Source: Candidatus Hydrogenedentota bacterium (GTDB lineage Bacteria > Hydrogenedentota > Hydrogenedentia > Hydrogenedentales > SLHB01). Taken from it: a stretch of 64,000 nt of DNA. The translations under genes and the position numbers were made by a program. Below are positions 1-8,742 of this stretch, in pieces. The stretch covers positions 288,001-352,000 of the forward strand of contig CAVUWV010000036.1 in the NCBI GenBank assembly GCA_963745075.1, read 5' to 3'. The notes under the pieces were generated by a model. That model did no database searches. It had not been told where the DNA came from and was given only the letters and a program-made list of their open reading frames with translations. Position 1 is the first letter of the stretch, and the number at the start of each line of letters is the position of its first letter.

Positions 1-1
1 C

Positions 2-280
2 ACCGGGCTGACACTGGCCGCCTGCATCTTGCTGAACCTGTACGGCATGACCGGCGGCTACGGCGTTGCGGCCCTTTTTCGGATGAACGTGCAACGAAGA
101 CGCACCCTCGCCATTGAAATCGGCATGCAAAACGCCGGCCTCGGCGTCGTGCTCGCCCTGCAGCACATCGGCGAACGCGCCGCTATTCCCGCTGCGATCT
201 TCGTGTTCGTATGCATTCTCACCGCCAGCGCCTTGCCGATGCTATGGCAGCGCAGCGCTCGCACCGCGGCCGCCGCGTAG
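2..280 (+). CDS. Bile acid:sodium symporter (BASS) family transporter, C-terminal part (5'-truncated)
   Basis: Frame is open from base 2. RRRTLAIEIGMQNAGLGVVLA matches the BASS signature, with flanking hydrophobic helices. Confidence 0.85.
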   Translation, partial: TGLTLAACILLNLYGMTGGYGVAALFRMNVQRRRTLAIEIGMQNAGLGVVLALQHIGERAAIPAAIFVFVCILTASALPMLWQRSARTAAAA

Positions 281-470
281 GGTGCATACCCGCGCGTTTT
301 GATGGCCTCGCCCCTTCGGATGCTGAGGGAAACCCATCGCGGCAACGCGGCGACCAAATCCGAAATCCAAAGCACGAAATCCGAAACAAATTCAAATAAC
401 CTAATTTCCAATGTTCGAAACAACCGTTCTGGCGAACGACAAAGCCGAGGATACGCGCGGGTACGCCTAT
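277..470. repeat. REP-like imperfect inverted repeat enclosing a ~7-nt periodic tract
   Basis: GTAGGGTGCATACCCGCGCGT (277-297) pairs imperfectly with ACGCGCGGGTACGCCTAT (453-470). An internal AAATCCG/AAATCCA/AAGCACG/AAATCCG tract lies at ~356-400. Confidence 0.5.
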
Positions 471-562
471 GACCGAAAGGTCACAGAAGGAGGCAACGTA
501 CTCCGGTGCCGATCATGCGAATCGGACCTCGGTGGCGCCGTCCGCGACGGGCGGCAAAACGG

Positions 563-1228
563 TTATTCACTCGACTGTGCCGTGTGCTTCACCAACTGGC
601 TTTTGACGTGGCTGGAATTCCAACCCGTGGTTTTGACGATAGCCTTAGCATCGGGGGCGTACCAGTAGACGCGCGTATTCCAGGCGCCCGTGTCGCGGCA
701 GAGGTTCTGTTGTTTGTGGAGGATCTTAAAGGCATCGAAGGTGCCCGCGGGAACCTTTACGGGCTCGTAGGCGATCACTTCCATTTCGTTTCGCGTATCA
801 CACATTCGGCCGAGGCTTTGGCTGATGTCCTCCGCGTTGAACGTCCATTTCTTGCCGATGGACAGCGGGAAGTCCAGTTTTCGCCACCCCTTGAAATGAT
901 CGCAATCCGAGATTTCGTGTCCGGATAGATCCAGCACGGCCGTCACCGTTCCGTTCGCGTCTTTCTCATGAAGGGCGTGGACGCAATCCTTGAACCGGGA
1001 GGAACCCCGGTACTCGACGGTGTACCCTTGCCGGTGGACTTCGCGCACGGTTTCCTCAATGTCGTTGCTGTATCGCCAGGAATCACCAACGACCATCGAC
1101 GGGGCGCTCGATACGGGTGGGGGGTTCGAGCTTGCGCATCCGCCGCTAATCATGAGGCAAGCCGCCAACGCCAGTAGTGGACGCATTGTGCGAGACTGTT
1201 TGCGGGCGCGGTACATAGTCTCTTCCAT
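563..1228 (-). CDS. Hypothetical lipoprotein
   Basis: Lipobox-like LAACLMISGGC, plus a VKVPAGTFDAFKI...YWYAP beta-rich motif common in small exported proteins. Confidence 0.65.
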   Translation of the reverse strand: MEETMYRARKQSRTMRPLLALAACLMISGGCASSNPPPVSSAPSMVVGDSWRYSNDIEETVREVHRQGYTVEYRGSSRFKDCVHALHEKDANGTVTAVLDLSGHEISDCDHFKGWRKLDFPLSIGKKWTFNAEDISQSLGRMCDTRNEMEVIAYEPVKVPAGTFDAFKILHKQQNLCRDTGAWNTRVYWYAPDAKAIVKTTGWNSSHVKSQLVKHTAQSSE

Positions 1229-1252
1229 CCGGGTTAAATACGTCTTCGCTCG

Positions 1253-2230
1253 TTACTTGTTTCCCGCATCGACTTTCTGCCGGCGGGCGAGAAGTTCCCG
1301 ATACGTTGTCAGGATAATTCCTTCCTCTTCGATGACTTTCCTCACGCGGTCGCTGAGCACCATTTCGAGTTCGGCTTCCCGCTTGCCGCCGGAACTGGAA
1401 ATCGCGCCGAAGTGCTCGCCGGGACGGGTCCCGTGGAGGATGATCTGCGTGATGCCGGGTTTCAGGTTGCGCAGGTTTTGAATGAGCGTATCGATCATCA
1501 CGTTGGGATCGCTCGTGTCGGCGGTGGACGTCATAAGATGGTCGAGCACGGGAAGGCCGGCGTTCCACACGGCTTCAACCGTCTGTCCGAGCGCTGCTGC
1601 TTGTCCCGCTTGCCGGTTTGCGCCTTCCAGGCCCTTTGGGTCCATGATCATGATCGGGATATGTTTTTCGATGCCGATCTTGACGTACCGCTCGAAAAAG
1701 GCCGGCGAGTAAAACAAGGTGCCCATATGCGTGTCGAGATGGGTGATGGGGATACCCAGTTTTTCCGCGAGCGCAACCTGCGCGCGGATCTCCTTTTCCA
1801 CCTCGTCGGCGCTGGCACTGGCAATCGTTTGTGGAACACCGCGGTAGAGATAGCCCTGGTTGTCGACCATACCCGGCACGACGCTACGACCCGCTACCGG
1901 ACCCCACCGATAATTGTCCCACTCCGAGTTCATCGTGAGATGCAGGCCGTTATCGATATCCGGATGTTCGCGAAGGTACGCCGCCCATTCCGGCACCCAG
2001 GAACAGGGCATCATGGTGCTGCACGACGTGAGCAGACCCTTTTCAAATCCTTCCATCCCGCCGAGATTACTTTCGTGCGACATGCCCATATCGTCGTTGT
2101 GGAAGATAAGTTCCCGGTCATTGGGTCCCCACCCCAGGCGTTCGCCGTAGGTCGGTTGCGCCGTACAAGACAAGGTGAAGGCAAGATGCAGCATGATGAG
2201 CGCGAGGGGAATCGAAGCAGTCTGGTGCAT
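1253..2230 (-). CDS. YdjC/ChbG-family carbohydrate deacetylase, secreted
   Basis: HNDDMGM, GLHLTMNSEW..YRWGP and ITHLDTHMG metal motifs; N-terminal signal peptide. Confidence 0.85.
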   Translation of the reverse strand: MHQTASIPLALIMLHLAFTLSCTAQPTYGERLGWGPNDRELIFHNDDMGMSHESNLGGMEGFEKGLLTSCSTMMPCSWVPEWAAYLREHPDIDNGLHLTMNSEWDNYRWGPVAGRSVVPGMVDNQGYLYRGVPQTIASASADEVEKEIRAQVALAEKLGIPITHLDTHMGTLFYSPAFFERYVKIGIEKHIPIMIMDPKGLEGANRQAGQAAALGQTVEAVWNAGLPVLDHLMTSTADTSDPNVMIDTLIQNLRNLKPGITQIILHGTRPGEHFGAISSSGGKREAELEMVLSDRVRKVIEEEGIILTTYRELLARRQKVDAGNK

Positions 2231-2503
2231 GGTGTAAATCCTTCCTGGTGTTGGCGCCGGTCAAGCGGACCGCCGCGACGCGGACCGTGTACGGCCAAAA
2301 TCGGTTTGGTCAGTGTACCGTGTGAATCCGGGATTACCAACTGACGCAGGTTTCTCGTGCGTGTCAAGCCACCGTGTGTTGATAAGTCGGACATGGCTCT
2401 GGTCTGATAAGGGGACTGGGCGTTCGCATGGAATCCACCGGGGAGACCATGGAATCCGCCGCACCAAAACCGCCGGGATGTCGCTTTATCTTGAGGGGGC
2501 CTG

Positions 2504-5500
2504 ATGAATCGAACACGCTGTACCAACCGTAATGAATTTCATGATCTTCGAATCCGACCGCTAACGATAGCCGCTTTGCTCCTGTGCGCGGGTGCCGCGC
2601 TTATGACAGCCGACGCGCTGGATATTCAACAACTCTGGGTCGCCGATCCGGATATGATCATGGAAGGCGCGCCCATCGTCGTGGATTTAGATGGCGATGG
2701 CAGCGCCGAAGTGATCACGGCGGCCTACGAGGCCCTCATCGCAGTGGACGGCTCGGGCAAGGAACGTTGGCGGTTCGATACGGCGGGCCGCTATTCGACG
2801 TGTCCAGCGGTGCTGGAGCGTTCGGGCAAATCACCGTTGATTTACGCGGGCGACAACAAGGGCCAGTTCACCTGCCTGGACGGCTCGGGCGCTGTCGTCT
2901 GGCAGAAGAACATCGGCAACATTTTCGGCCCCGCTCCGGCGGTGGGAGCGTTGGATCGCGATGGGGGGGTGCAAGTCCTGCAAGGCAATTCGGCCGGCGT
3001 CCTCACGTCCATGGACGCCCTCAACGGTGACGTGCGCTGGACCTGTCAGCTCGAAGGCGAATGTTCGAGTCCGGCGATCGCGGATCTCGACGGCGACGGG
3101 AATGCGGAGGTCGTCATTGCGACCGGCGCGGGGTTGCTCTACTGCGTGGACGCAGCGGGTACCGTCGTCTGGAAGTCCACCATCGGTGAGAAGGCCCCGA
3201 CCTGGTCCATTCCGGCGCCGGTAATCTTTAAGGACTCGTCCGGAAAAGCCCGCATCGCGATCGCTACGTTCCAGAGTGAATTCTTTTGTCTCGACAATCG
3301 CGGCGCGGTCCTGTGGAAACGCCCGGTGCGGGGTCCGGTCGCGCCGACGATTTCGGTCGGGGATATCGACAACGACGGCATGGCCGATTTATTCGTCGTC
3401 ACGGGACTCGGCGTGTTGTACCGGTTCGACGAGCACGGCCGCGTGGTGTGGGACATCGACACGCAGGGCCGGAGTCTGGCCCCGGGCGACATCATCGATC
3501 TCGACGGCGACGGCGTCCGCGAATACCTGCTTTGCACGCAGCAGGGTACCTTGTTGGCGTTCAGCGACGACGGCGAGATTTTGTACAACCATCAGTTCGA
3601 CAACCGCACCATCAACATGACCGCCGCGTTCGGCGACATCGTGCCGGACCACCCGGGCGTCGAATTCGCCGTCACGGGTGGCGAATCCGGTCGCATGTTC
3701 TGTTTCGGCACGTCGGCGCCGATGGACAAAACGTCGCCCTGGCACACCTATCGCGCGGACAACCAGTTGACCGGCGCGTGGCTCGGCCTTGGTTCGTCGG
3801 TCGTCGCCAGTATGCATCCCGGGAATCTGGATTGGGATCGTGTGCTCACCGGCGGCGAGGTCACGTTCCGTGTCGCGAATCCAAATGCCGACGATACGGT
3901 TCTGCGCGCGCAGGCCACCTGCATTCGTCCCGACAACTCGCGGCAGGTCGCGGTGGGAAAGGTAATCGGCTCCACGGGCGTGCTGCAGCTCCCGCTCGTC
4001 GTCAGCGCGCCGGGCGTGTATCGCTTTGAATGGACGCTGCAGAAACCGGATGGTTCAACGCTTGCGTCGGGTTCCCGTGAATTGACGCTACAGCCATACC
4101 AGAACGACGAAGCCCTCGCCGCGCGCGCCGTACTGGCCTTGCGCGACGCGGTAGGCGACAACCCGGACCAGACGAAGGGTTTCACGGGTGCGCTCCTGCA
4201 TGAAGCGCAGGCGATCGAAGAAGAAGCCGCGAATCTCAAGACGCTCCACGCGGCCGCACCGGGCGCGCCCCCGGCGTTGACTGCGGAAACCGACGCCCGC
4301 ACCGCAGCGTTGGACGCGCGTGCGGAACGCGCCTTGACACTGGCCGGGCTGGCGCCGTCGATTCTGGTGAACCAGCCGGACGACCCGGTTGTCGCGTTCA
4401 CCGGAACGACCTGGGAAAACCGGGACGTGGACCAGGAACTGCCGACCGACGCACAGCCCGTGAAGATTGAGAAACGCTGCGTGCCCGGAGAGCATCAACC
4501 GGTTTCCGTCAAACTGTTCAATGCGTCGCTCAAACCCGTCATGGTGCGCGCGCACGTCGATGCGGGCGCCAACGGGCCCGCCGTAACGCCGTACGAAGTG
4601 AAGCCCGTTCCGACGAACCAAGGCACCACGGCATGGGATCCCATCGTGCCCCTCGGCGAATCCGAGTTGACCGTCCCGTCGCTCGAAACGCGCGAAGTGT
4701 GGCTGGACATCGATCTCGCGGGCGTGAAACCAGGCACCTACCCCGTGTCCGTGGTCTTCGATGCCGGCACATCCAAGACCAAAGCCGATATCACGCTGGA
4801 CGTGTTGCCGTTCACCATGGCCGATTCCGGCGCGATGCGGCTCTGCTGCTGGGCCAGCTACAACGACGATGCGATGAAGGATTTGTTGGCTCACGGAAAC
4901 AATGTCTTCACGCCGGGCCTGCCGCCGGTCAAAGTCGACGAAGGCGATCCGCCGACGATCAATGTCGACTTTGAAGCGCTCGACAAATTCGTTGCACCGC
5001 TCGAAGGGCATGACGTGTTTCTGCTCATGGGCGGAATTCCTAACCTGGGCGTTCCCATGGAATCCGACGCGTACGTGCCGCGTCTGGCGGACTATCTGGA
5101 TCAGGTGTTTTCCCATCTCAAGGCCAAGGGGATTCCGGAAGAGCACGTGGCCCTCTATCCCCACGACGAGCCCGGGGGCGCCGGGTGGGATACCGTCAAC
5201 CACTACATCGCGTTCGGCCGTCAGGGACTCAAGGCGCGGCCGAATCTGAAATTCTACGTGAACGGCGGCGGCGACTTGGCCATGTTCGAGGCGTTTAACG
5301 AAGTCGCCTCCGTCTGGTGCCCGAGTTTCTACATGCTGGCCGAGGAAACGCCGGAAATGGAGTTCATCAAGAAGACCGGGAAGACGCTGTGGTCCTACGA
5401 CTGCGGCTACGGCTTCGCCCGGCCCGTCGGCGCCAACACCAAGACCATCAACCTCGTCGCGCAATACCGGTTCTCGGCGGTCCAAGCCCATCACTTCGGC

Positions 5501-5881
5501 GCTACCGGGATTGGTTACTGGTGCTACAATGTCGGCGATTCACTCTGGGAACCGGTTGAGTTCGAGTATGCCCTGGTCTACGTGAACCCCGACGGGACCC
5601 AGACCTCGAGCCGGCGCTGGGAAGCCGTCCGCGAAGGTATGGAGGACGCGCGCATTCTCATCGCGCTGGAGGACAAACTGTCGGACTCGTCCGTCGACGC
5701 GGAGACGAAAGACGCGATCCGCCATCTGGTCAACGTGACGGTTGCGAATCTGTCCCGCCAAACCCTGGACGAGGCCCGTTTCGGCGTCGCCCGCTACGTC
5801 ATCGACGATTCGAACAACGACGCGACGGTCGACCAAGTCCGCGACGAAATGATGGAATGCATCCGTATGCTTGGGAAATAA
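2504..5881 (+). CDS. Secreted FG-GAP/PQQ-like beta-propeller fused to a DUF4091/GH123-like putative glycoside hydrolase domain
   Basis: Repeated DLDGDG..EV motifs and G..lW blades in the N-half. HDEP, WSYDC, GIGYWCY and SSRRWEAVREGMED in the C-half. Confidence 0.7.
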   Translation: MNRTRCTNRNEFHDLRIRPLTIAALLLCAGAALMTADALDIQQLWVADPDMIMEGAPIVVDLDGDGSAEVITAAYEALIAVDGSGKERWRFDTAGRYSTCPAVLERSGKSPLIYAGDNKGQFTCLDGSGAVVWQKNIGNIFGPAPAVGALDRDGGVQVLQGNSAGVLTSMDALNGDVRWTCQLEGECSSPAIADLDGDGNAEVVIATGAGLLYCVDAAGTVVWKSTIGEKAPTWSIPAPVIFKDSSGKARIAIATFQSEFFCLDNRGAVLWKRPVRGPVAPTISVGDIDNDGMADLFVVTGLGVLYRFDEHGRVVWDIDTQGRSLAPGDIIDLDGDGVREYLLCTQQGTLLAFSDDGEILYNHQFDNRTINMTAAFGDIVPDHPGVEFAVTGGESGRMFCFGTSAPMDKTSPWHTYRADNQLTGAWLGLGSSVVASMHPGNLDWDRVLTGGEVTFRVANPNADDTVLRAQATCIRPDNSRQVAVGKVIGSTGVLQLPLVVSAPGVYRFEWTLQKPDGSTLASGSRELTLQPYQNDEALAARAVLALRDAVGDNPDQTKGFTGALLHEAQAIEEEAANLKTLHAAAPGAPPALTAETDARTAALDARAERALTLAGLAPSILVNQPDDPVVAFTGTTWENRDVDQELPTDAQPVKIEKRCVPGEHQPVSVKLFNASLKPVMVRAHVDAGANGPAVTPYEVKPVPTNQGTTAWDPIVPLGESELTVPSLETREVWLDIDLAGVKPGTYPVSVVFDAGTSKTKADITLDVLPFTMADSGAMRLCCWASYNDDAMKDLLAHGNNVFTPGLPPVKVDEGDPPTINVDFEALDKFVAPLEGHDVFLLMGGIPNLGVPMESDAYVPRLADYLDQVFSHLKAKGIPEEHVALYPHDEPGGAGWDTVNHYIAFGRQGLKARPNLKFYVNGGGDLAMFEAFNEVASVWCPSFYMLAEETPEMEFIKKTGKTLWSYDCGYGFARPVGANTKTINLVAQYRFSAVQAHHFGATGIGYWCYNVGDSLWEPVEFEYALVYVNPDGTQTSSRRWEAVREGMEDARILIALEDKLSDSSVDAETKDAIRHLVNVTVANLSRQTLDEARFGVARYVIDDSNNDATVDQVRDEMMECIRMLGK

Positions 5882-5993
5882 CTTACTTGCACTCGAGTTA
5901 CTTCACGATCTCGGTTTGACAAGTCGCAACGAATTGATCGGAAAACTTCTCCGACCGATTCTACGGCGCGGGATAAGTGCACAATTTTTGAGG

Positions 5994-6022
5994 TTGATTT
6001 TTTAAACCAATTAAGGTACATT
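5994..6022 (+). promoter_or_regulatory. Sigma70-type promoter of the mqsR operon (probably leaderless)
   Basis: TTGATT (5994-5999), 17 nt, TACATT (6017-6022). GTG start is 6 nt downstream with no SD sequence. Confidence 0.6.
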
Positions 6023-6028
6023 TAGGCC

Positions 6029-6343
6029 GTGGAGAAACGAAAAGCTCATTTCCCACTATCCCAAGTCAAGCGGTTGATTCACGAAGGTTCCTATCGTGTT
6101 ACCCGAACGGCCTTGGTTTGCGGAAGACGCGACTTTCGATTGCTCGGTGCCCGGCAAGTAGCTGAGTGCATACTGAAGCTCAAACCCAATGAGTTCTACA
6201 AGTCCATGACTACGCTCTACGATTCAAGGACTTGGCAGGACGTATATCATGGCACCGTCAAAGATGCGCGAGCGTATATCAAGGTGCAAATTGACGAAGG
6301 AGAAACAGTCGTCATCTCGTTCAAGCGACTCGAGGGATTTTGA
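6029..6343 (+). CDS. mqsR: Type II toxin, MqsR-family mRNA interferase
   Basis: MEKRKAHFPLSQVK...FYKSMTT...WQDVYH...YIKVQ...VVISFK follows the MqsR pattern over its full length. Confidence 0.9.
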   Translation: MEKRKAHFPLSQVKRLIHEGSYRVTRTALVCGRRDFRLLGARQVAECILKLKPNEFYKSMTTLYDSRTWQDVYHGTVKDARAYIKVQIDEGETVVISFKRLEGF

Positions 6344-6344
6344 C

Positions 6345-6771
6345 ATGCGTGAGAAGAAATGGATTGATTGTCCTGTGTGCGGTTCCAAGAAAAGCATGCG
6401 AATTCGAAAGAATTTGCACGAACGCGCACATCTTCGGGACTATCCCCCGCTGGACATTGACGGCCTTGACGGACAGTTTTGTGAAATCTGCGACGAAGGG
6501 TTTTGGTCGCTAAAGTCGGAGCGCAAGATAGAACGTCTTCTCGCCGAGCATATGGCGAGACACGATTCCGCTCGTGTGGTGGCGGACGAGATCGCAAGCG
6601 TACAAGAGGCCGCCGACGCGTTAGAGATATCAGTCCAAGGTGTGCACAAGATGATGACCGACGGAACGTCTGAAATTCGTTTTCGCAGCCGGCCGACGGT
6701 TTCCCATCCGTGAAGACTTGAAAAAGAAGACAAAGACCAGCGATCGTGTTTCAGCGGCATCGCATATGTAG
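6345..6771 (+). CDS. Antitoxin: MqsA/YgiT-type zinc ribbon plus excisionase-like HTH (one apparent +1 indel near 6665)
   Basis: ATG 1 nt after the mqsR stop; CPVC...CEIC; SVQEAADALEISVQGVHKMM. Removing one A at ~6665 continues DGRLKFVFAAGRRFPIRE to TAG at 6771. Confidence 0.75.
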
Positions 6772-6966
6772 TCTATGACCGTGTACTCATCGCTTGCGTG
6801 TCTGTTTCCGCCCGCACACGGAGTTCTTTTCAACCCCACCAGTAAGTGCGGTCATTCCTGGGTTCCGTGTATCCGTCGGTGTCAATTCCTTCGTTATCCC
6901 GGCCCGGCGTGTTACGATAGTTCCTCCACGACTTGCTGAAATCGGTTCTATTCGCGAGGTGACACC

Positions 6967-8670
6967 ATGAAGATCCGACAAAACGCGCTCTTGGGGACGG
7001 TCCTTTGTTGCAGTCTCGCCTTGATCCTTGCCGTATCGGCCTCCGCTCAAACCCCCAGCATTTCCGCGATTACCTTCCACCGGCCCACGGACGAGACGCG
7101 CTTCTATTATGCGCGCGTCGAACTCTCGCCTGCGGACTTCGAATACAAGATCAACTCCGTGACGGTCGGGGACAATGAGGAGGTCTTCGTCGCGTACGTG
7201 GACGGGGAATTGACCCAGCGCGAACCGGACGGCCGCGTGGATCGTCCGGCGAACGGCAAGATCCCTAAGGGGGAAAAACCCGCGTTCAACGTGCGGTGTC
7301 CTTGGGTTTCGGGACAGCCCTATACGCTCACGTTTCATGGCGTTCGGCAAGGGGACGCGGAAGCGGCGTTCACCGTGCAGGGCGAAGCGACGGCTCCCGA
7401 CAGCACCGGGTTTCCGTTTCCGCGTTGGAAAGAACATCGCATGCTTGTGCTGCGGGACGACTTCGGCATCGGACGCAAAGACGCCCCGTACGTGTTTTTC
7501 ATCTCCGATGTTGCCGACCGCGTTCAGTCGTGGGCCAAGGAACTCCGCGTAGCATCCTATGACTTGAGCACGGGCGAAACCCATGAGATTCCGAGCCAGG
7601 TGCTCTACGAAAAGCGTCGGTTCGATACGCCCAAACAAGAGGCGGCCTACACCACGTGCCAGTCCGCGATCCTCGTCGACGTGCCGGCAAATGGGAAATC
7701 CTATTACGTCGTCGCCTACGGCAATCCCGATGCGGAAGCGGCGAGCTACGAATCGGATCTGAAAGTCACGCAGCGCGACGACGGGGCCACGTGGATCGAA
7801 AACGAATACTACGAAGCCCAACTCGATCCGAAGAACCAGAGCATCAACGGGTTCCGATCGAAAACGTACGGCGTGGGGGATAAACGTACCTTCGGTTTTC
7901 CTGAGAAGCCGGGTTACACGCTCCATTACAACCCCGACGTGTGGGTCAAGAACCGGCCCTGGACCCATACCAAAGGTTGGAACCCACCGCCGAAGCGCGT
8001 GATGGAGCAGGGTCCCGTGGCGGTCATGTGGCGGCGTTGGGGGCATCTCCCCGAAGCCACGGAAGTCGACGTCAACGTGACCTACCACTTCTTCGCGAAG
8101 ACGCCCTACGTGTTGGTCGAGTCGACGATCGATATTCTCCAGGATCTCGTCGTGAACGCGCTGCGCAATGAAGAAATTGTCTTTATGCCATCCACGGAAG
8201 TGGACCATGCGGGGTGGCGGCGCTTGAACGGCGAGATCGCGTATCAACCTGTCGAACAGGGTAAAGGCCTCACCCCGGGCATCGTCAACATCATCGCGGC
8301 CCAAGCGCCCTATGTGTGTCTTGTGCGCGAGGAGAACCAACTCGGCCTGGCGAGCATCCGCTTGAAACAGCACGCGGGCACGCGTGGCGCCTGGCCCCCC
8401 GTACTCGCCGCCACGGCAACGATTGTCGCGGACTACGGTTGGAACTTCCGCTACTGGAGCCGGTCCCTCGTGTATCCCTGGGGCGACTACGTGCCGGACA
8501 CGCCGGCCATCCTAAACGCGAACACCTACTACGGCGAGAAGAGCGCGTTTTGCGTCTTCCCCCTGGGCCAAGGCGATTCGCCCGAGGCGCGGCTCGGTTA
8601 CCTTGAAACATTGTATAACGAGCTGTCGCATCCCATCAGCGTAGACCATCAGGGTGCGGGTCCATGGTGA
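6967..8670 (+). CDS. Secreted hypothetical protein
   Basis: GAGGT RBS, clear signal peptide (..AVSASA/Q), 567 aa, aromatic- and beta-rich. No family recognised. Confidence 0.75.
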   Translation: MKIRQNALLGTVLCCSLALILAVSASAQTPSISAITFHRPTDETRFYYARVELSPADFEYKINSVTVGDNEEVFVAYVDGELTQREPDGRVDRPANGKIPKGEKPAFNVRCPWVSGQPYTLTFHGVRQGDAEAAFTVQGEATAPDSTGFPFPRWKEHRMLVLRDDFGIGRKDAPYVFFISDVADRVQSWAKELRVASYDLSTGETHEIPSQVLYEKRRFDTPKQEAAYTTCQSAILVDVPANGKSYYVVAYGNPDAEAASYESDLKVTQRDDGATWIENEYYEAQLDPKNQSINGFRSKTYGVGDKRTFGFPEKPGYTLHYNPDVWVKNRPWTHTKGWNPPPKRVMEQGPVAVMWRRWGHLPEATEVDVNVTYHFFAKTPYVLVESTIDILQDLVVNALRNEEIVFMPSTEVDHAGWRRLNGEIAYQPVEQGKGLTPGIVNIIAAQAPYVCLVREENQLGLASIRLKQHAGTRGAWPPVLAATATIVADYGWNFRYWSRSLVYPWGDYVPDTPAILNANTYYGEKSAFCVFPLGQGDSPEARLGYLETLYNELSHPISVDHQGAGPW

Positions 8671-8742
8671 GTTGTTGCGGTGCAAAGGGACAATACCTCC
8701 CGACAAATCGCGCATTGGCAAAACAGCATTAGAGAGGCCGCG

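Noticed and set aside
6787..8373. Long antisense ORFs (also 4088-5494, 9532-10791, 1412-2344, 14635-15612)
   Set aside because: Shadow frames of real genes in GC-rich DNA, with no motifs of their own.
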